Assembly (NCBI GenBank): GCA_048885535.1
Contig: JBHLLO010000016.1
Span: forward strand, 1 to 51,018
Direction: 5' to 3'
DNA from: Candidatus Hermodarchaeota archaeon
GTDB lineage: Archaea > Asgardarchaeota > Lokiarchaeia > Sigyniarchaeales > SOKP01
DNA: 51,018 nucleotides
Shown: positions 46,749-51,018 of the stretch, piece by piece
How positions within the stretch are numbered: position 1 is the stretch's first letter
Layout: each line of letters begins with the position of its first letter
Made by a program: the position numbers and the translations under genes
Notes under the pieces: model-generated
Database searches by the model: none
Told to the model about the DNA's origin: nothing
The model's input: the letters and a program-made list of their open reading frames with translations, nothing else

Positions 46749-48392
46749 GTGAAGATTATAGTCAAATTTAAAAGAGGTCATCTTTATTATCCTGAAATCC
46801 CAATTTACAAAATTTTGGAGGATACAGCTGAAAGGTTTCCAGAGCGATTAGCTTTTTTATATCCAGAAGAAATGACTTTTAAACAATTTTTAGAACAAGT
46901 AGATACTTTTGCTACTGTGTTAAAAAACCTTGGAGTGGAGAAAGGAGATCGAATTGCTATATATTCTCCAAATTCAATCCAGTGGGCAATATGTTTTTAT
47001 GGTTTAGAAAAAGCAGGAGGTATTCTTGTTCCAATGAATCCACAATTTAAAGAAGTTGAAGTTGAATACGAGTTAAATGATTCTGGAGCAGAAACTATAG
47101 TAGTTTTTCAGCCGCTTTATCCCAATGTGGCAGCAGTCAAGGATAAAACAAAACTCAAAAATACCATTATTCTTGAATCAAGCCAAAACCAAAAAATACC
47201 AGATTCAACTTTAGGATTTTCAGTTGTAATGAAAAATACCAAACCAAATCCTCCAAATTACACTTTCAATTCTAAAGAAGATCTTTCTACATTAGTATAC
47301 ACAAGTGGCACAACAGGTTTACCAAAAGGAACTATGCTTACACACTATAATTTGGTATCTAATGTAATTCAAATATCCCAAATCTTTGAATTAAGTGAGT
47401 TAGACATTGCTATGGCAGTCCTTCCACTTTATCATATCTATGGTTTAAGTGTATGCATGAATCAAGCTGTATGGATAGGCGCAGCGCAAGTAATAACTCC
47501 CCGGTTTGAGGTTAAGGAGTTCTGCGAACTCATTGAGAAGTATAAAGTTACCTATAGTTTATGTGTCCCTCCCATATTTCTTGCAGTAGTTCGCCATCTA
47601 GAAGATGAAAATGTGAAAGGATATGACTGGTCTGACCTCAAAATCTTCAATAATGGAGCTGCTCCTATAGCTCTCGAACTTCTTGAAAGATTCGATGAAT
47701 TAGCAAAAGAAAAATGTAATGCGAAGGAAGTAACAGTTCAACATGGGTGGGGACTAACTGAAGCATCTCCAGTTGTGGCAGTAAACCCTATGCATCGCCG
47801 TAAAATGGAATCCCAGGGAACATTAATTCCAGATACATTTCATAAGATAGTTGATTTAGAGACAGGTAAAGAACTACCCGAAAGTGGTCAAATTGGTGAA
47901 TTGGTTATAAAAGGTCCTCAAGTCATGAAGGGTTACTGGAATAGACCTGATGCCACTGAGGAAGCCTTTTGGACTGATCCTCAAACTAGTGAAAAATGGT
48001 TAAGAACAGGTGATATGGCCTATATTGATGAAGAGGGATATGAACACTTACTTGACCGCATAAAAGAGATGATAAAGTATAAAGGCTGGAGTATCGCACC
48101 TGCTGAACTTGAGGATTTATTATTTAAAAATCCCCACGTATTTGATGTTGCGGTAATTGGTAAACCGTCTAAAGAACTTGATATAGGTGAAATTCCAAAA
48201 GCTATCATAATTCTAAAGCCAGAATCTAAGGGGAAGGTGACTGAACAAGAGATTATGGATTGGGTTGCTGAGAGGATTTCTGCCTATAAAAAAATAAGGG
48301 AGGTTGAATTTGTAGACAGCATTCCTAAATCAGGTTCAGGTAAAATATTGCGAAGAGAATTAATAAAACAAGAAAAAAAGAAACTGGAATAA
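46749..48392 (+). CDS. Long-chain acyl-CoA synthetase / AMP-binding enzyme
   Basis: YTSGTTGLPKG, GWGLTE, RTGD, DRIKEMIK, PKSGSGKILRR. Confidence 0.93.
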   Translation: MKIIVKFKRGHLYYPEIPIYKILEDTAERFPERLAFLYPEEMTFKQFLEQVDTFATVLKNLGVEKGDRIAIYSPNSIQWAICFYGLEKAGGILVPMNPQFKEVEVEYELNDSGAETIVVFQPLYPNVAAVKDKTKLKNTIILESSQNQKIPDSTLGFSVVMKNTKPNPPNYTFNSKEDLSTLVYTSGTTGLPKGTMLTHYNLVSNVIQISQIFELSELDIAMAVLPLYHIYGLSVCMNQAVWIGAAQVITPRFEVKEFCELIEKYKVTYSLCVPPIFLAVVRHLEDENVKGYDWSDLKIFNNGAAPIALELLERFDELAKEKCNAKEVTVQHGWGLTEASPVVAVNPMHRRKMESQGTLIPDTFHKIVDLETGKELPESGQIGELVIKGPQVMKGYWNRPDATEEAFWTDPQTSEKWLRTGDMAYIDEEGYEHLLDRIKEMIKYKGWSIAPAELEDLLFKNPHVFDVAVIGKPSKELDIGEIPKAIIILKPESKGKVTEQEIMDWVAERISAYKKIREVEFVDSIPKSGSGKILRRELIKQEKKKLE

Positions 48393-48415
48393 ATCTTTAG
48401 AAAAAAGCTTAAGAA

Positions 48416-51018
48416 TTAAGAAGGTATCACAACTTTCAGTTCTATAAGCCTTTCAAGGGCTTCTATTACCTTGTCTTTATTTTTTTCATGAACACTATTG
48501 ATTGCGTAATCTAAATAAAATTCCTCTCTTTCTTTTGTCATTGAAATGATGACGTTAAGAAGGCGTAATTCCATTTTACTTAACTTTTCTTCTTCCTTTA
48601 TGCGATTGATAAATTTGGTATGGTTTAATTTGAACCACTCTCTATAGGAGATATAAAAACTTTCCTCAAGAAATGAAGGTATAAGTTTATTAAATTCAGA
48701 TAATTCTCCATTCCAATTTTCAAGTTTTTCTGAAAGTTCTGAATCTATATCACTTATAAATTGCGCTGCTTGATTTTTAAATCTCTCAGAAGCTTTTTCT
48801 TTTAAAATAAAAGTGGTTCGTATATTTTTGTAATCAATAATAAAGAAATTGAAATACTTGAAATCAAGCTCGATCATGCTGTCAACACCTTTAAAATCCT
48901 TTAATATAATAGGCGTTTCTTCTAATGTTTCTTTTCCCGCGGCTTTTTTGCTTAATATTGTAATTGCCTGAATAAAACCTGTAAGTAATGTACTTTGATC
49001 TTCTTCTGGACTATAATAGTAATCTTTTGAATAAATACAAAGACCACTATTCTTCTGAGATATATACAACGCATCAATATTCATAATATCTTTGTATCTT
49101 TGAGTGTTTGCTAGTAATTCAGATTCTTTTTTCCTTTTTCTAGGTAAAATTACGAAACTCCTCAATCCTATAATCCCAAATATACAAATTATCCCTAAAA
49201 GCCCATATATAATAACCCAAAATACGTAGTTCGGTAAGGCACGTTCCTTGATAGAAATATTAAATGAAAATTCGGTTTGTTTATAAATTGTTCCTACTTT
49301 AGAAATCGTTAATGTTACTTCATAATTGCCAACCATATTGGGTAAGGTTAGCTCTAATTCATAAATCCCATTGCTAATATAATCAAAATATCCATATCCA
49401 AATTCCCTATCCATATCCAAATTCCATAAAGAGTAGAATATTGTAGCGTTTTCAATAAGGAGTTCCGTTCCAAATTCTGTTAAATTAAGTCTTAATAAAA
49501 TAGAGTCTCCAGAAAAGGCTTCTATAAAACCTTGAAAATTCATTGTATTAACTTTGATTTCAATACGGTTAATTATTATGATTATATTTTCATAAGCTGT
49601 TTCATAAGCTGCTTTCTCCATGTTAATTAACGCTGAATATGTATCTATTGCAAGACCACTTGTATTTAGCCGTAAGACAAATCCTTGAGCATCAGAAATT
49701 AAACTGTATGAACCTGGCCATGTTACACTGCAATTAGCTCCTAAAATCAACATTCCAGATCCTTCGACAGTATAATTAATTTTAATATCAACAACACTAC
49801 CTACATCGACAAATAGAACTGATTTATTCACTCCTATACTTGTCTGTATAGGGAATACTTCTATAGTTATAGAACGACTAGTTTCTTTATAATTGGTTTT
49901 ATTCGCAAAAATTGAAATGGTGTAATATTCTATTATTCCCTGAGATGGGAGATTCCAGGTTGAAAAATTTAATGAATAAGTACCATTATTATGATCTATC
50001 ACTGTATAAGGATTAAACCAATTGGTACTTATATTTACTGAAGAAATTAAAGCACCAGAAAGCGCTCCAGTAACATTTATCTGACAAGTGATATAATCGT
50101 TCCCAATTCCGTTAATTACCGTATTTGGAACCTCCAAAGCTAATGGTTGAGCGATTATTTTTAAATGGATCAAATTAACTTTTGTTTGATTTTCATAATA
50201 TTGTTTTGTTGCATTAAATGAAAAATAATAATCCCCTAATTCTAAGGAACTTGTATCAATATCACCAAAATATATTCCCAATCCTTGATAAATCAAGGTA
50301 CCAGAAATTCCAAATGAAGAAGTATAGGTAACCACTGCAAAAGGAATTGATTCATTAAAATCAAAATCTACAAATTTCACCTTCAACAAAAAAGGTTCAC
50401 CAGCAAGCTGTTCAAAATAAGAGTTAACTGCAGTCAAATTTGTATTATGAATCACTTTAAATTCTAAAAGCGAGAATCCTACTTGAGACATATTAATATC
50501 ATAATCATGCCAAAAAATTTGAGCAGAGTATTTTCCAGCACTAGCATTATTCTTACCAAGATTTATTTCAGGAAACTCAACAGTACCATCGATGTTAACT
50601 GAATTTGCTTTTTGATACCACAGCGATCCATTAGGCGCAAAAACTTTTAATGTAGCTGCGGTATTGTCAATACTTGGAATTAAAGATGTATTTATTGAAG
50701 CATTGATTTTCAATTGATCTTGTACATGGAAAGTGTCTTGTATATACCATACAGAAGCATCTCTCCTAAATAGATGTGCTAATTCAACATAATTAGGAGC
50801 CTCAGCGACGATTTTCCATATACCATTGGTAACAATATTATTTGGGATAGTTAATATCGAATTACCTACACCAGCACCAATAACTTCCGCTATCCTATTA
50901 TTGGAATATGGATCTAATACTTGAGTTACATTCCAATTTGATGGTTTTGACACATTAAAATAATAATTTATTGAGTATGAACCTGGAATTGTTATAGGGA
51001 TATTCATTGTCCAAATTA
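48416..51018 (-). CDS. Large cell-surface single-pass membrane protein with Ig-like repeats and a cytoplasmic longin-like domain (5' part outside the window)
   Basis: N/T-rich beta repeats (G.Y...., A.K..Y) with many N-x-S/T sequons, TM + PRKRKK, then SGLCIYS...LLTGFIQAI...IELDFKYF. Confidence 0.75.
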   Translation of the reverse strand, partial: IWTMNIPITIPGSYSINYYFNVSKPSNWNVTQVLDPYSNNRIAEVIGAGVGNSILTIPNNIVTNGIWKIVAEAPNYVELAHLFRRDASVWYIQDTFHVQDQLKINASINTSLIPSIDNTAATLKVFAPNGSLWYQKANSVNIDGTVEFPEINLGKNNASAGKYSAQIFWHDYDINMSQVGFSLLEFKVIHNTNLTAVNSYFEQLAGEPFLLKVKFVDFDFNESIPFAVVTYTSSFGISGTLIYQGLGIYFGDIDTSSLELGDYYFSFNATKQYYENQTKVNLIHLKIIAQPLALEVPNTVINGIGNDYITCQINVTGALSGALISSVNISTNWFNPYTVIDHNNGTYSLNFSTWNLPSQGIIEYYTISIFANKTNYKETSRSITIEVFPIQTSIGVNKSVLFVDVGSVVDIKINYTVEGSGMLILGANCSVTWPGSYSLISDAQGFVLRLNTSGLAIDTYSALINMEKAAYETAYENIIIIINRIEIKVNTMNFQGFIEAFSGDSILLRLNLTEFGTELLIENATIFYSLWNLDMDREFGYGYFDYISNGIYELELTLPNMVGNYEVTLTISKVGTIYKQTEFSFNISIKERALPNYVFWVIIYGLLGIICIFGIIGLRSFVILPRKRKKESELLANTQRYKDIMNIDALYISQKNSGLCIYSKDYYYSPEEDQSTLLTGFIQAITILSKKAAGKETLEETPIILKDFKGVDSMIELDFKYFNFFIIDYKNIRTTFILKEKASERFKNQAAQFISDIDSELSEKLENWNGELSEFNKLIPSFLEESFYISYREWFKLNHTKFINRIKEEEKLSKMELRLLNVIISMTKEREEFYLDYAINSVHEKNKDKVIEALERLIELKVVIPS

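Noticed and set aside
4071-48208. Short nested ORFs in the track (4071, 6696, 7214, 7991, 11319, 13567, 14913, 16655, 18907, 19908, 21564, 24739, 27164, 31238, 32394, 34145, 38268, 40993, 41422, 48020)
   Set aside because: All lie within or antisense to better-supported genes and show no recognisable motifs

Overview
Very AT-rich (about 30% GC by eye) archaeal chromosomal DNA, most likely from an Asgard archaeon (Lokiarchaeia-like). This inference rests on two Rab-like GTPases with WDF(G/A)GEE, a surface protein with a cytoplasmic longin-like tail, TrmB, a geranylgeranyl reductase, IorAB, GGTGA-type ribosome-binding sites and oligo-T terminators. The window holds about 55 mostly metabolic, transport and regulatory genes and a solo tnpB element. 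I saw no rRNA, tRNA or CRISPR array. Reading between the supplied ORFs revealed several uncalled genes. The most striking is a 36-aa protein made only of Met/Lys/Ala/Pro (23876-23986, minus; MAKKKAPKKKPAPKKKAAPKKKPAPKKKAAPKKKPA) that resembles a free-standing linker-histone H1 C-terminal domain. Other highlights are an orphan DNA methyltransferase ending in a PCNA-binding-like motif, a TnpB with a rearranged RuvC-II site, three genes that may start at AUA, twin palindromic operators between TrmB and a DUF6125 pair, a sphingosine-1-phosphate-lyase-like gene paired with an MFS transporter, and a Stay-green homologue beside a metal-homeostasis operon. All family calls come from recognising motifs by eye, not from database searches.
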